Below are positions 19,165-30,162 of a stretch of DNA of 64,000 nt, piece after piece; position 1 is the first letter of the stretch; each line of letters opens with the position of its first letter. The notes beneath the pieces are model-generated. The model saw nothing but the letters and a program-made list of their open reading frames with translations. It did no database searches and was not told the DNA's origin. Source of the stretch: Alphaproteobacteria bacterium (lineage in GTDB: Bacteria > Pseudomonadota > Alphaproteobacteria > Rhizobiales > Amorphaceae); contig JAUIJH010000003.1 in the NCBI GenBank assembly GCA_030431335.1, forward strand, positions 5,496 through 69,495, read 5' to 3'. The position numbers and the translations under genes are program-made.

Positions 19165-20721
19165 CTATTTCAGCTTGGCGTCGGTGACGTTGATGTGCTC
19201 GTCACGCCGTGGCTCCCAATCGAGCCGCTCGCTGATGCCGTAGAAATCGGGCTGGAAGTACATCAGCAGCCAGGGGCCGCGCTCGTAGAAGATCTTGAGC
19301 ATCTCGTTGATGACTTCGCGCTCCTCTTCGGGCGTCTGCGCCGCTTCGATCTTCTTCCAGCCGGCGAAGAACTCCTCGTCCTTCCACTCGGTGTAGTTCG
19401 TGCCCGCGTCGACAGCCGACAGGTCGGCCATGTCGTAGAGCGCGCTCCAGGTGGCCCCGCCGGAGCCGAGCAGGAACAGCGGCCCCGCATCGTGCGCGCG
19501 GATGAGCGGGATGTAGACGGAGGCGAACTCCAACAGCTCGACGTCGGTCTTGACGCCGATGTCGGACAGGAACTGGCCCACGGCGAGCGCCACGTTAGCG
19601 TCGTTGAGGTAGCGGCCGTTGGGCGATTGCAGCGTCAGGGTGAAGCGCACGCCGTCGTCGCCGCGCGGATAGCCGGCCGCGTCGAGCAGCTCCTCGGCCT
19701 TGTCCGGGTCGTAGGGATAGGGCTCGAGGTCGGGATTGCCGCGGGGCGGATTGACGAGGCCGGTGGCGCGGGTGCAGGGCGTGCCGAGCAGCCCTTCGCA
19801 GATGGTCGGCACGTCCACCGCATATTGGAGGGCGCGCCGCACGTCCGCGTTCTGGATCGCCTTGCCGCCTTCGGTCTCGGCGAACTTGTCCTTCTGGTTG
19901 AAGCCGATGTAGATGCGCCGTGTGCCCTGCACCGGCACCACTTCGGCCTTGTCGCTGCGGTTGATCGTCTCGATCTGATCCGGCGCGACGTTGGTGATGA
20001 CGTCGACATTGCCGGCCATCAGCTCGGCGGCACGGGTCGACGCTTCGGGGATCACGCGCCAGACCAGGCGGTCGAAGGAGCCGGGCTCCAGCGTGTAGTC
20101 GTCCCACTTCTCCAGCACGACGCGGTCGTCGCGCACCCATTCGACGAACTTGTACGGACCCGAGCCGATCGGGGTCTGCGCGGCTTCTTCCGGCGACATC
20201 GCCTCGTAGGAGCCTTTGCAGTGGATGAAGACCTCGCCGATCATGCCGAGCAGGATCGGGCTCTTGTTCTTCAGCTTCAAAGTCACGTGGAGGTCGTCGT
20301 CCGCCACGGCCTCCTCGAAACCGATGGAGCTATAGATGAAGCCGGGCGTGTTGCCGGTGAACTTGAGGTCCGGGTCGGCGGCGCGGTTGAAGCTGTAGGC
20401 GGCGTCCTCGGCCGTCAGCGGCTCGCCGTCATGGCAGGTGAGGCCTTCCTTCAGCTTGAAGGTGACCGACTTGCCGTCTTCCGAAACCTCATGCGACTCG
20501 GCGAGGAAGGGGACGATCTCGCCGTCGCCGGTCACGTCGTAGAGCGTTCCGAAGATGTGCTCGGCGATGTTGGACGTGGTGCGGGAGGAAATGTTCGCCG
20601 GATCGAAGGTGTTGGCGTCGGTGCTCTGGGCGATCACCAGCGTCGATCCGTCCGGCGCCTGGGCGAGGGCCGTACCGGCGAGGAGGCTCGCCGCAAGCAC
20701 GAGGGTGCTCAGTCTCTTCAT
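19165..20721 (-). CDS. ABC transporter substrate-binding protein, family 5
   Basis: Signal MKRLSTLVLAASLLAGTALA; CHDGEPLTAEDAAYS, PIGSGPYKF, YDPDKAEELLDAAGY. Confidence 0.95.
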   Translation of the reverse strand: MKRLSTLVLAASLLAGTALAQAPDGSTLVIAQSTDANTFDPANISSRTTSNIAEHIFGTLYDVTGDGEIVPFLAESHEVSEDGKSVTFKLKEGLTCHDGEPLTAEDAAYSFNRAADPDLKFTGNTPGFIYSSIGFEEAVADDDLHVTLKLKNKSPILLGMIGEVFIHCKGSYEAMSPEEAAQTPIGSGPYKFVEWVRDDRVVLEKWDDYTLEPGSFDRLVWRVIPEASTRAAELMAGNVDVITNVAPDQIETINRSDKAEVVPVQGTRRIYIGFNQKDKFAETEGGKAIQNADVRRALQYAVDVPTICEGLLGTPCTRATGLVNPPRGNPDLEPYPYDPDKAEELLDAAGYPRGDDGVRFTLTLQSPNGRYLNDANVALAVGQFLSDIGVKTDVELLEFASVYIPLIRAHDAGPLFLLGSGGATWSALYDMADLSAVDAGTNYTEWKDEEFFAGWKKIEAAQTPEEEREVINEMLKIFYERGPWLLMYFQPDFYGISERLDWEPRRDEHINVTDAKLK

Positions 20722-21680
20722 GCGCTCAACTCCGCTGTGGTCCGGCCGGGCCGGACGGTGTGGTCGGGCGACGAGGCGCCGTTGGAGCGCATCGTCAGGG
20801 CGATGCCCGTCTCGAGCGGCGTCCATGCGGAGGCCGCGCGGTGTTCGGGGAACCGTGATGCAAGGGGCGGCCGGATCGCGGCCGCGGCGGTGCCGAAAGC
20901 GAGGGCTATTCCGGGCCGCAGGCTGGCGATGGTCTCGGCCAGCGTGCGATCGGTGGCCGGCTGCGGTGCCACGAGGTGGACGACGCGGCCCGGCAGGCGC
21001 GGCGCGGCGACAAGCTGCGCGATGCGGCGGCCGATGTCGGGCGCGAACGTCCAGTCGCGCAGCGCGTCGGGCGTATCGACGCCGATGCGCCCGTCGGTTT
21101 CGGCCGAGGCGATCATCTGCTGCAGCAGGCTGAGGCGGGGCCGGCTCGGTCGCGCGATCTCGCCCGGGCCGTAGACGTTGCCGAGCCGCACATTGATCGC
21201 CTCGATGCCGGTCTCGCCGAGGGCGTCCGTCGCGATCTCGCCCATGCGCTTGGCGGCGGCGTAGGGCTGCGCCGCGTCGGGCAGGGCATCTTCGTCGAGT
21301 TGGCGGGCGCCGGGCGAGAAAACGCCGGCGGAGCTGATGAACACGAAGCGCTTCACCTCGAGCGCCGCGGCGAGGGCGAGGGCGGCCAGGTGCGCGTCGA
21401 CATTGGCCGCGAGGTGGGCGGGCAGGTCGAGCCCCGCCTCGTCGGGCCGCGCGGTGAGGGCGGCGGCGTGGATCAACGCGTCGGCCGGGCCGCCGATGGC
21501 GTCGGCGGTGATGGCGGCGAGCGGCGCCTCGATGGTGCGGATGCCGGCGAGGGCGCGGGCGGCGGCCGCATCGACGCTCCGGTCGATGGCGATGACACTG
21601 CAGCCGGTATCGGTAAGGGCGGCCACCAGATGTTGGCCGACGAAGCCGGCCGCTCCAGTGAGGACCACCCGGGGCCTCAC
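20718..21680 (-). CDS. NAD-dependent epimerase/dehydratase (extended SDR)
   Basis: GTG start overlapping the GntR stop; TGAAGFVG, ISSAGVF, YAAAK, RLGNVYGPG. Confidence 0.88.
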   Translation of the reverse strand: MRPRVVLTGAAGFVGQHLVAALTDTGCSVIAIDRSVDAAAARALAGIRTIEAPLAAITADAIGGPADALIHAAALTARPDEAGLDLPAHLAANVDAHLAALALAAALEVKRFVFISSAGVFSPGARQLDEDALPDAAQPYAAAKRMGEIATDALGETGIEAINVRLGNVYGPGEIARPSRPRLSLLQQMIASAETDGRIGVDTPDALRDWTFAPDIGRRIAQLVAAPRLPGRVVHLVAPQPATDRTLAETIASLRPGIALAFGTAAAAIRPPLASRFPEHRAASAWTPLETGIALTMRSNGASSPDHTVRPGRTTAELSA

Positions 21681-22366
21681 GCGGTGCCGTCCTCCACCCA
21701 GCCGATGAGGTCGGCGGCCGATTGGACATGCGTCGCGATGACGGCGCGCGCCGCTTCCAGGTCGCGGTTGCGGATCGCTTCCACGATCGGAATGTGGTTG
21801 AGCGCCACCTGCATGGGGTCGGTGTTGCGGCGGTTGCGCATGGCGATGATGAACCGCATGCGGATGGCGAGCGAATCCCAAACCGAGGCCAGCAATTCGT
21901 GCCCGGTGAGCGCGATCATGGTGCGGTGGAACGCTTCGTCCTCCGCGCTGAGCTTGGCGAAATTGCCGTCGGCGGCCAGCGCCTTCATGCGGGCGCAGCG
22001 CTCGTCCAGCGGAGCAAGGTCGACGGGCTCGGGGGCGTTGATGAGCCGCTCGAGGGCGAACGCCTCCAGTTCGCGGCGCAAGCTGTAGACCTCCTCGATG
22101 TCCTTGCGGCTGATCTTGCGCACCGTGGTGCCCTTGTAGGGGATCGTCTCGACGAGGCCCTCGCCGGCGAGGATGCGCAACGCCTCGCGGATCGGCGCCC
22201 GGGACACGCCCAGCTCGGAGGCAAGGTGCGCCTCGGTCAATGCCTCGCCCGGCTTGAAGCCGCCATTGAGGATGGATTCGCGCAGCGCATCGGCGACGCG
22301 CTCGGGCAGCGGCACGCCGAGCGGGGCGTCGGCACCCTCGTTTCTAGTGGCGCTCGTGGGGCTCAT
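21677..22366 (-). CDS. GntR family regulator (FCD domain)
   Basis: ILNGGFKPGEAL, LGVSRAPIREALRILAGEGLV; DEAFHR and NHIPIVEAI. Confidence 0.95.
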   Translation of the reverse strand: MSPTSATRNEGADAPLGVPLPERVADALRESILNGGFKPGEALTEAHLASELGVSRAPIREALRILAGEGLVETIPYKGTTVRKISRKDIEEVYSLRRELEAFALERLINAPEPVDLAPLDERCARMKALAADGNFAKLSAEDEAFHRTMIALTGHELLASVWDSLAIRMRFIIAMRNRRNTDPMQVALNHIPIVEAIRNRDLEAARAVIATHVQSAADLIGWVEDGTA

Positions 22367-22398
22367 CGGGGCGGCGTCTCATCCATCTGGGTGGCCAG

Positions 22399-22419
22399 TT
22401 GACATTGTCGACAATATCG
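22399..22419. promoter_or_regulatory. TTGACA plus perfect palindromic operator ATTGTCGACAAT in divergent GntR/DUF4438 promoter
   Basis: TTGACA at 22399-22404; 12-bp palindrome at 22404-22415. Confidence 0.6.
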
Positions 22420-22483
22420 GAGTTGCTAACATGCGAACGGGCGATGCACCTTGTCAAGCACGCCCCAGACCAAAGGCGATCCC

Positions 22484-23359
22484 ATGTTGCGAACCAACGC
22501 CGACGCGCTTGTGGAGATGGCCGTCGCCGGCAACGTCAGCCAGCCGACACTACGCCATCCGGGCTACATTCCCGACAATGATGGCCGCGCCGTGGTCCTG
22601 CCCGGCATGTCGGGCGTCACCTACAACGTGCGCTGCGGCGATCCGGCGTTCGGCTGGGCCGCCGACCACGTGGAGCCTGGCGTTTCCATCGCCGCGGCCG
22701 ACGAGCGGGCCGACTTCGCGCTGCACTACCTCACCTGCATCGGCAACGAGGCGGTGGTGACGAGCGGGCTCGCCGCCGGCGCGCGCGGCATCGTCACGGG
22801 CGAGCACGCGCGCCTTCTGGTGGATGTGGGCGACGAGGCCGCGGATCTCCTGTGCGCCGGCGACACCATCCTTATCAAGGCGCTCGGCCGGGGTCTCGTC
22901 CTGACCGACTATCCCGAGATCGAATTGAAAAAGATGAGCCCCCGTCTGCTGGGGGCAATGCGGATCGAGCCGCTGGCGGACGGCAAGTTGCGCGTGCCGG
23001 TGGCGATGGAACTGCCGATCCGCATCATGGGCTCGGGCGCGGAGCTCAACGCCGAGTTCGTCGACCAGGACCTCATGTCCGGCGACCGCGCGCTGATGGC
23101 CGAGCTCGGCATCGACCGGATGCGCCTGGGCGATCTCGTGGCGATCAACCACGCCGACCACCGCTATGGCCGCTCCTACCGGGAGGGGGCGGTGTCGATC
23201 GCGCTGTGCATCCACGGCGACTCGGTGATGACCGGCCATGGCCCCGGCATGCTGACGCTGATGACCGCGCCGGCCGCCCAGATCGAGTGGGTCGTCGACG
23301 ACAAGGCCAACATCGCCGAGGCGCTCGGCGTGACGAGGACCGGCCATGGCAACGCGTAA
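22484..23359 (+). CDS. DUF4438-like protein of unknown function, copy A
   Basis: MLRTNADALVEMAVAG, GVTYNVRCGDPAFGWAADHVEPGVSI, CIGNEAVV, RLGDLVAI, GHGPG; pattern recalled from DUF4438 (Thermotoga TM1086-like); paralogous to the next gene. Confidence 0.75.
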   Translation: MLRTNADALVEMAVAGNVSQPTLRHPGYIPDNDGRAVVLPGMSGVTYNVRCGDPAFGWAADHVEPGVSIAAADERADFALHYLTCIGNEAVVTSGLAAGARGIVTGEHARLLVDVGDEAADLLCAGDTILIKALGRGLVLTDYPEIELKKMSPRLLGAMRIEPLADGKLRVPVAMELPIRIMGSGAELNAEFVDQDLMSGDRALMAELGIDRMRLGDLVAINHADHRYGRSYREGAVSIALCIHGDSVMTGHGPGMLTLMTAPAAQIEWVVDDKANIAEALGVTRTGHGNA

Positions 23360-23401
23360 TCGGCTGGCGCGCGGCGCCGGTCCGGTTTGGGGGAGGGAAG
23401 C

Positions 23402-24316
23402 ATGGATCTCGCGGTGAAGGAGCCCGGCGCCAACGCCGACCGGATCGCGACCAACGAGGAGAGCCTCGTCAGCGTCTCGCTGATGGGGGCGATCGCGCAA
23501 CCCGGCTTTCCCGGCCTGCCGGCCGAACCCTACCGCCTTGCCGCGGATGGCCGGCCGTTCCTGCTGCCGACCTATGGCGGCATCGTCTACAACGTCTCGG
23601 TCGGCGATCCGGCGTTCGGCTGGCAGGCGGACTGCGTGCATCCGGGCATCTCGATCGCCCATGCCTCGGACCTCGGCAATCGCGGCCTCAACACCTTCGC
23701 CTGCGTCGGCAACGACGCGACGGTGATCACGGGGCGGGGCGAGCGCATCAAGGGCGTCGTCACCGGCAAGTCGGGCCGCTTCTCCGAGCAGGTGATCGTG
23801 CACGTGGCCAAGCCCGAGCGCGACAAGCTCGCGGTGGGCGACCGTGTGGTGGTGAAGGGCCTCGGCGTCGGCATGAGCCTGCCGGGGCTCGACAAGGTGC
23901 GCCTCAAGAGCCTGTCGCCGCGCCTGTTTCATGCCCTCTCGCCGCGGCTTGCGGACGGCAAGCTCGAGGTGCCGGTGGTGGCGACGGTGCCGCCGCATCT
24001 GGTGGGCGCGGGGGCTGGCCTCACCAGCGAGGGCGGCAGCCTGCACATCCAGACCACGGACCGCGAGGCGGTGGCCGCCGCCGGGCTCGACACGCTGCGC
24101 CTCGGCGACATCGTGGCCATCGCCGACACCGACAGCCGCTATCAGCACGGCTATCTGCGCGGCGCCATGGGCATCGGCGTGATCGGCCAGACCGACGGGC
24201 CGCGCGCCGGCTACGGTCCGGGCATGACCTTGCTGATGACCGGCATCGACGGGTCGATCGCGCCGGTGACGCGCGAGGGCGTCAATCTCGTCTCGCTGCT
24301 CGACCTCGCGGACTGA
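23402..24316 (+). CDS. DUF4438-like protein of unknown function, copy B
   Basis: TNEESLVSVSLMG, GIVYNVSVGDPAFGWQADCVHPGISI, CVGNDATV, RLGDIVAI, GYGPG; SD GGAGG. Confidence 0.75.
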   Translation: MDLAVKEPGANADRIATNEESLVSVSLMGAIAQPGFPGLPAEPYRLAADGRPFLLPTYGGIVYNVSVGDPAFGWQADCVHPGISIAHASDLGNRGLNTFACVGNDATVITGRGERIKGVVTGKSGRFSEQVIVHVAKPERDKLAVGDRVVVKGLGVGMSLPGLDKVRLKSLSPRLFHALSPRLADGKLEVPVVATVPPHLVGAGAGLTSEGGSLHIQTTDREAVAAAGLDTLRLGDIVAIADTDSRYQHGYLRGAMGIGVIGQTDGPRAGYGPGMTLLMTGIDGSIAPVTREGVNLVSLLDLAD

Positions 24317-24326
24317 GCGGGCCCCG

Positions 24327-25400
24327 ATGACCATCGAGATGGTGCGCGTGTCGCTCCCGGCGCTGGCCGATTTCGCCGAAGCCGGCCTGGGTGCGATGGG
24401 CTGCTCGGCCGGGCAGGCGCGCCTCGTCGGCGGGGCGCTGATGTTCAGCGAACTGCGCTTCCATCCGGGGCAGGGCCAGGGCGTGCGGCGCCTGCGGGCC
24501 TATGCCGAGCGCATCGCCGGTGGGGTCATCGACGTCGGTACGCGCCACGAGGTGGTGAAGGAGAGCCCGGCGCTCGCACTGATCGACGGCCACAACGCGC
24601 TGGGCAGCGTCACGGGCATCGAAGCGATGCGGCTCGCGGTGGCAAAGGCCAAGGTGTGCGGCATCGGCATGGCTTTCGTGCGCGGCGGCTCGCACTATGG
24701 CTCGTCCGCGGTGCATGCGGCGGAGGCGGTGGCAGCCGGCTGCATCGGCGTTGCGATGACCAACGCCGGGGCCGAAATGGCTGCCTGGGGCGGCGCCTCG
24801 CCTGCGGTCGGCACCAACCCCTGGGCCATCGCCGCGCCGTCGGGCAAGGGCTTCGACGTGTCACTCGACATCGCGCTGACCACCGCCGGCAAAGGCATGA
24901 TGCGCTGGCTTTCGCGCGAGGGCGAGAAGATGCCGACCGATTGGGCGCTGACGCCGGAGGGGGAGGAGACCGACGACCCCGAGGCCGCCATGACGGGCGC
25001 GCTGCTCGGGATCGGCCGCTACAAGGGCTACGGCCTCGCGCTGATGACGGACGTGATGACGGGCGTCCTCACCGGCGGCGCCTTCGGCCTCGGCCCCTAT
25101 AGCGACCCGGCGCGGCAGGACGTGTCGCACGCCTTCCTCGCCCTCGACATCGACTGGTTCATGCCGCTCGCCGAATTCACCGCGCGCATGGACCGCTTCA
25201 TCGACGAGGTGAAGGGCGGCCGGCTGCGCCCCGGGTTCGACGAGATCCTGGTGCCGGGCGAGCTGGAGCACCGGCGCGCCGAGGACAAGCGCCGCAACGG
25301 CGTGCCGCTCGACCGGGCCGTGTTCGACGACCTCAACGCGCTCGCCGAAACGCTCGGCCTCGATGCGCGGCTCCAGGATCTCGCCCATGCCGCAGCTTGA
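24327..25400 (+). CDS. Ldh_2 family (AllD/ComC/DpkA-like) oxidoreductase
   Basis: IDGHNALG, SHYG, GTNPWAIAAP, LDIALT, YKGYGLALM, ILVPGELE. Confidence 0.9.
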   Translation: MTIEMVRVSLPALADFAEAGLGAMGCSAGQARLVGGALMFSELRFHPGQGQGVRRLRAYAERIAGGVIDVGTRHEVVKESPALALIDGHNALGSVTGIEAMRLAVAKAKVCGIGMAFVRGGSHYGSSAVHAAEAVAAGCIGVAMTNAGAEMAAWGGASPAVGTNPWAIAAPSGKGFDVSLDIALTTAGKGMMRWLSREGEKMPTDWALTPEGEETDDPEAAMTGALLGIGRYKGYGLALMTDVMTGVLTGGAFGLGPYSDPARQDVSHAFLALDIDWFMPLAEFTARMDRFIDEVKGGRLRPGFDEILVPGELEHRRAEDKRRNGVPLDRAVFDDLNALAETLGLDARLQDLAHAAA

Positions 25401-26550
25401 GCCGCTGGGCGAGGATTTCTATCGCGGCGCCTGCAAGCGCCTCGCGGCCGCTGCGGCCGAGGAGGGGGCCGAAGCGATCCTGCTGCTCGAGACCGAGAGC
25501 GTCGTCTGGGCGTCCGGCTTCTTCCACAGCGCCAACGAGCGGCCCATCGGCCTGCTGGTGCCGGTGACGGGCGACCCCGTCCTGTTCGTGCCGCTCTTGG
25601 AACGGGAGAACGCCGCCGGCGTGGTCGCGGACGTGCGCGTCTACGAAGAGTTTCCCGGCACCGAGCATCCCGTGTTGTGGATGGCGCGCGAGGCGGGCGT
25701 CGCGCGCCTTGCCGTCGACACCTTGGAGGCGCGCCTTGCCGACGCCCTTCGCACGCGGCTCGACCGGCTCATCCTGTCGGACGCCGCCCTGCGGCTGCGC
25801 GCGGTGAAGTCCGAGGACGAACTCGTCTTCGTGAGGGCCGCTGCGCGCTATGCCGACCTCGTGTTGGAGGCGGTGCACGCCGAGGCGGGCCGCATCATCG
25901 CGAGCGGCGGCACCGAGCGCGACATCCTCGCCTGCGGCCTCGCCGCCGCGCAGCAGGCGATGCAGGCCGAGCTGGGCGATCTCCTCGACCGCACGCGCTG
26001 CGGCCTCACCGGCACCGTCCATTCCGGCCCGCGCGCCGCCCTGCCGCATGGCAAGACCATGGCCCGCACGCCGCGTCCCGGCGAGACGCTGATCGCCGGC
26101 ATCGGGGCGTCCGTGGCCGGCTACCACGCCGAGAGCGGGGCCACCTTCGTGGTGGGCGAGCCGGCCGGCGACACGCTCGACTGCCTTCAAGCGGCGCACG
26201 AGGCGGACGCGGCGGCGCAAAGGGCGCTCCGGCCCGGCGCGACGTGCGCCTCGGTCAACGACGCGGCGCTCGACGTCCTGCGTGCGGCCGGCTTCGGCGC
26301 CACGATCCGCCACCGCATCGGCCACGGCATGGGCATCGCCGGCCACGAGGCGCCCTGGCTCGCCCCGGGCGACACCACGACCGTCGCGACGGGCATGGTG
26401 TTTTCCAGCGAGCCCGGCATCTACCGCCCCGGCCGCGACGGCACGCGCACCATCAACACCCTGATCGTCGGCCCCGACGGACCCGAAGTGCCGAGCCGCT
26501 TCCAGGCCGACCACCCCATCGACGCGCGCATTCTGGCGCACAATGGCTGA
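25387..26550 (+). CDS. M24 pita-bread-fold hydrolase with altered metal site
   Basis: N-terminal creatinase-like domain, SGPRAALPHG, HRIGHGMG, HEAPW, SEPGIY. Confidence 0.88.
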   Translation: MPQLEPLGEDFYRGACKRLAAAAAEEGAEAILLLETESVVWASGFFHSANERPIGLLVPVTGDPVLFVPLLERENAAGVVADVRVYEEFPGTEHPVLWMAREAGVARLAVDTLEARLADALRTRLDRLILSDAALRLRAVKSEDELVFVRAAARYADLVLEAVHAEAGRIIASGGTERDILACGLAAAQQAMQAELGDLLDRTRCGLTGTVHSGPRAALPHGKTMARTPRPGETLIAGIGASVAGYHAESGATFVVGEPAGDTLDCLQAAHEADAAAQRALRPGATCASVNDAALDVLRAAGFGATIRHRIGHGMGIAGHEAPWLAPGDTTTVATGMVFSSEPGIYRPGRDGTRTINTLIVGPDGPEVPSRFQADHPIDARILAHNG

Positions 26551-26559
26551 AGGACCCCC

Positions 26560-27738
26560 ATGTCGACCCTGAGCCCGCTCGCCGGCCGCCTCGCGGCGCG
26601 GATCGTGCCCGAAGACGAATCCTACCGTACCAAGATGCTGGCCATCGCGGCCGGGCTCGACGATGTCATCGCCCTCGGGCGCGGCGACCCGGATTTCCAC
26701 ACGCCGGCCCATATCTGCGCGGCGGCCAAGCGCGCGATCGACAGCAACGCACACCACTACACCCCGCCCACCGGGCTGCCGGCGCTGCGCGAGGCGATCG
26801 CCGAACATCTCGGCGCCCGCTACGGGCTCGCCTACGAGGCCGACGAGGTGGTGGTGACGGCGGGCGTGCAGGAAAGCATCATGCTCACGATGCTGGGGCT
26901 GATCGATCCCGGCGACGAGGTACTCATCACATCGCCGCGCTTCACCACCTACGACACGGCGGTGCGCATGTGCGGCGGCGTGCCGGTGCCGGTGCCCACG
27001 CGCGAGGCGGACGATTTCGCGCTGATGCCGGCCGAGATCGAGGCGCGCATCACACCGCGCACCAAGGCGCTGATCCTCGTCTCGCCCAACAACCCGACCG
27101 GGGCCGTCACCCCGCCGGCGGCCATCCGCGCGATCGCCGCCCTGTGCGAGAAACACGATCTCCTCGTCGTCTCCGACGAGATCTATGCCGCGATCATCTA
27201 TGACGGCGCCGAGCATCTTTCCATCGCGACGCTGCCGGGGATGCGCGAGCGCACCATCACGCTCAACGGCTTTTCCAAGAGCCACGCGATGACCGGCTGG
27301 CGCGTCGGCTACCTCGCAGCTCCGCGCGATTTCGTCCGCTCGCTGACCGAGCCGCGCCACACGCTGTCCATCAACGCCTGCACGGTGAGCCAGCACGCCG
27401 CCCTCGCGGCGTTGACCGGGCCGCAGGAGCCGGTCGCCGAGATGCTCGCCGCCTACGCCGAGCGGCGCGCCTTCCTGATGCGCGCCTTCGATGCGCTCGG
27501 CTTCCGCTACGGCTATCCCGGCGGCGCGTTCTACCTCTACGCCAACGTGGCGAGCGAGGCCGAGCCCGCCAGCGTGTTCTGCGAGCGCCTCCTGCGCTCC
27601 GCCCGCGTCCTGATCTTCCCCGGCACGCTGTTCGGCGACGAGGAGGACCGGCACGTGCGCATCTCGTTCCTGCAGCCGCTGCGGCGCATCGAGGAGGCGG
27701 TGGAGCGCATGGCGGCCGCGCTCGAGACAGGGCGATGA
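26560..27738 (+). CDS. Class I/II PLP aminotransferase
   Basis: GDPDFHTP, SPNNPTG, SDEIY, NGFSKSHAMTGWRVGY, GGAFYLY, HVRISF. Confidence 0.95.
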   Translation: MSTLSPLAGRLAARIVPEDESYRTKMLAIAAGLDDVIALGRGDPDFHTPAHICAAAKRAIDSNAHHYTPPTGLPALREAIAEHLGARYGLAYEADEVVVTAGVQESIMLTMLGLIDPGDEVLITSPRFTTYDTAVRMCGGVPVPVPTREADDFALMPAEIEARITPRTKALILVSPNNPTGAVTPPAAIRAIAALCEKHDLLVVSDEIYAAIIYDGAEHLSIATLPGMRERTITLNGFSKSHAMTGWRVGYLAAPRDFVRSLTEPRHTLSINACTVSQHAALAALTGPQEPVAEMLAAYAERRAFLMRAFDALGFRYGYPGGAFYLYANVASEAEPASVFCERLLRSARVLIFPGTLFGDEEDRHVRISFLQPLRRIEEAVERMAAALETGR

Positions 27739-29145
27739 AGGGGCCGTTCGACCTTCTCGTGCGCGGTGGCGACGTGGTGGTCGGAGATGCCCTCCAAGCG
27801 CTCGACATCGGGGTGGAAGGCGGCCGGATCGTCGCGCTGCTGCCGCGTGGATCGGCTGTGGCGGCAGCGCGCGTTCTCGAGGCCGCCGGCAAGGCGGTGC
27901 TGCCCGGCGTGATCGACACCCACGTCCACGTGCGCGCGCCCTCCTACCCCGAGCGCGGCACGGTGCTGTCGGAAACGCGCGCGGCGGCGGCCGGCGGCGT
28001 GACGACCATCCTCGAAATGCCGATCGCCAAGCCCTGCTGCGCGACGGCCGAGATCTTGCGCACCCGGCGGGCGCATTTCGCTGCCGACGCGGTGGTCAAT
28101 TTCGGCCTCTACGGCGCGCCCGCCGCGGCCAGTGCGGGCGAGTTGGCGACGATGGTCGACGAGGGCGCGGTGGCCTTCAAGATATTCACCACTGCGGCTC
28201 CGCCGGGGCGCGACGACGAGTTCGTCGGCCTCTCGGTGCCGGACGAGGGCGAGCAGCGCGCGGCCATCGCGCGGGTCGCGGCCACGGGGCTTCTGCTGAT
28301 GGTGCACGCGGAAAGCGAACCGCTGTTGCAGGCGGCCGGCCGCGCGGTGGAGGCGAGCGGCGCGCGCGATGCGCAGGCGCACGGCCTGGCGCGCCCGCCG
28401 GTGGCCGAGGCGGTGGCCATCGCCAAATTCCTCACCTTGGCGCGCGATGTCGGCGCGCGGGTGCACATCGCCCACGTGACGAACAAGCTCGCCCTCGACG
28501 TGGTGCGCGCCTTCCAGGCGATCGGCACCGATGTCACCGCCGAGACCTGCCCGCACTACCTCCTGTTCACTGAAGACGACGTGGCAAGGGCCGGCGTCGA
28601 CGCCAAGATCAACCCGCCGATCCGCGGCGAGGCTGACCGCGAGGCGCTGTGGCAGGGCATCGCCGACGGCACGATCACCATCGTCACCACCGACCATGCG
28701 CCGTTCTCGCGCCAGGAAAAGGACGCTGTGCAGGGCGACATGCTGGCGGCGCCGCCGGGCTCGCCGGGGCTGGAATTCCTGGTCCCAACGCTATTGGACG
28801 CCGTTGCCGCCGGCCGCATCACGCTGCCCGCCGCGGCGCGCCTCCTCAGCACCAACGGCGCCAGGCGCTACGGCCTCCATCCGGAGCGGGGCGAGATCCG
28901 CCTGTGCGCGGCGGCCGATCTCACCCTCGTCGATCTCGCGGCCGAGACGGTGGTGGACCCGGCGCGGCTGCTGACGGCCGCCCGCGCGTGCGCCGGCCTT
29001 TACGCGGGCCGGCGCTTCAGGGGCCGCGTCGCGGCGACGGTGGTCGGCGGGCAGCTCGTCTATGATGGCAGCGCGGTCACCGGCGCGCCGGGCGGCGGGG
29101 CATTCGTCCGGCCCACCGAGGTCACACGGGAGCCGGAGGTGCAGT

Positions 29146-29153
<8 letters not shown>
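27735..29153 (+). CDS. Cyclic amidohydrolase (allantoinase AllB/dihydroorotase/hydantoinase family)
   Basis: PGVIDTHVH, AAAAGGVTT, AFKIF, VHAE, HIAHVT, ETCPHYL, KINPPIR, TTDHAP. Confidence 0.92.
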
Positions 29154-30158
<1,005 letters not shown>

Positions 30159-30162
<4 letters not shown>

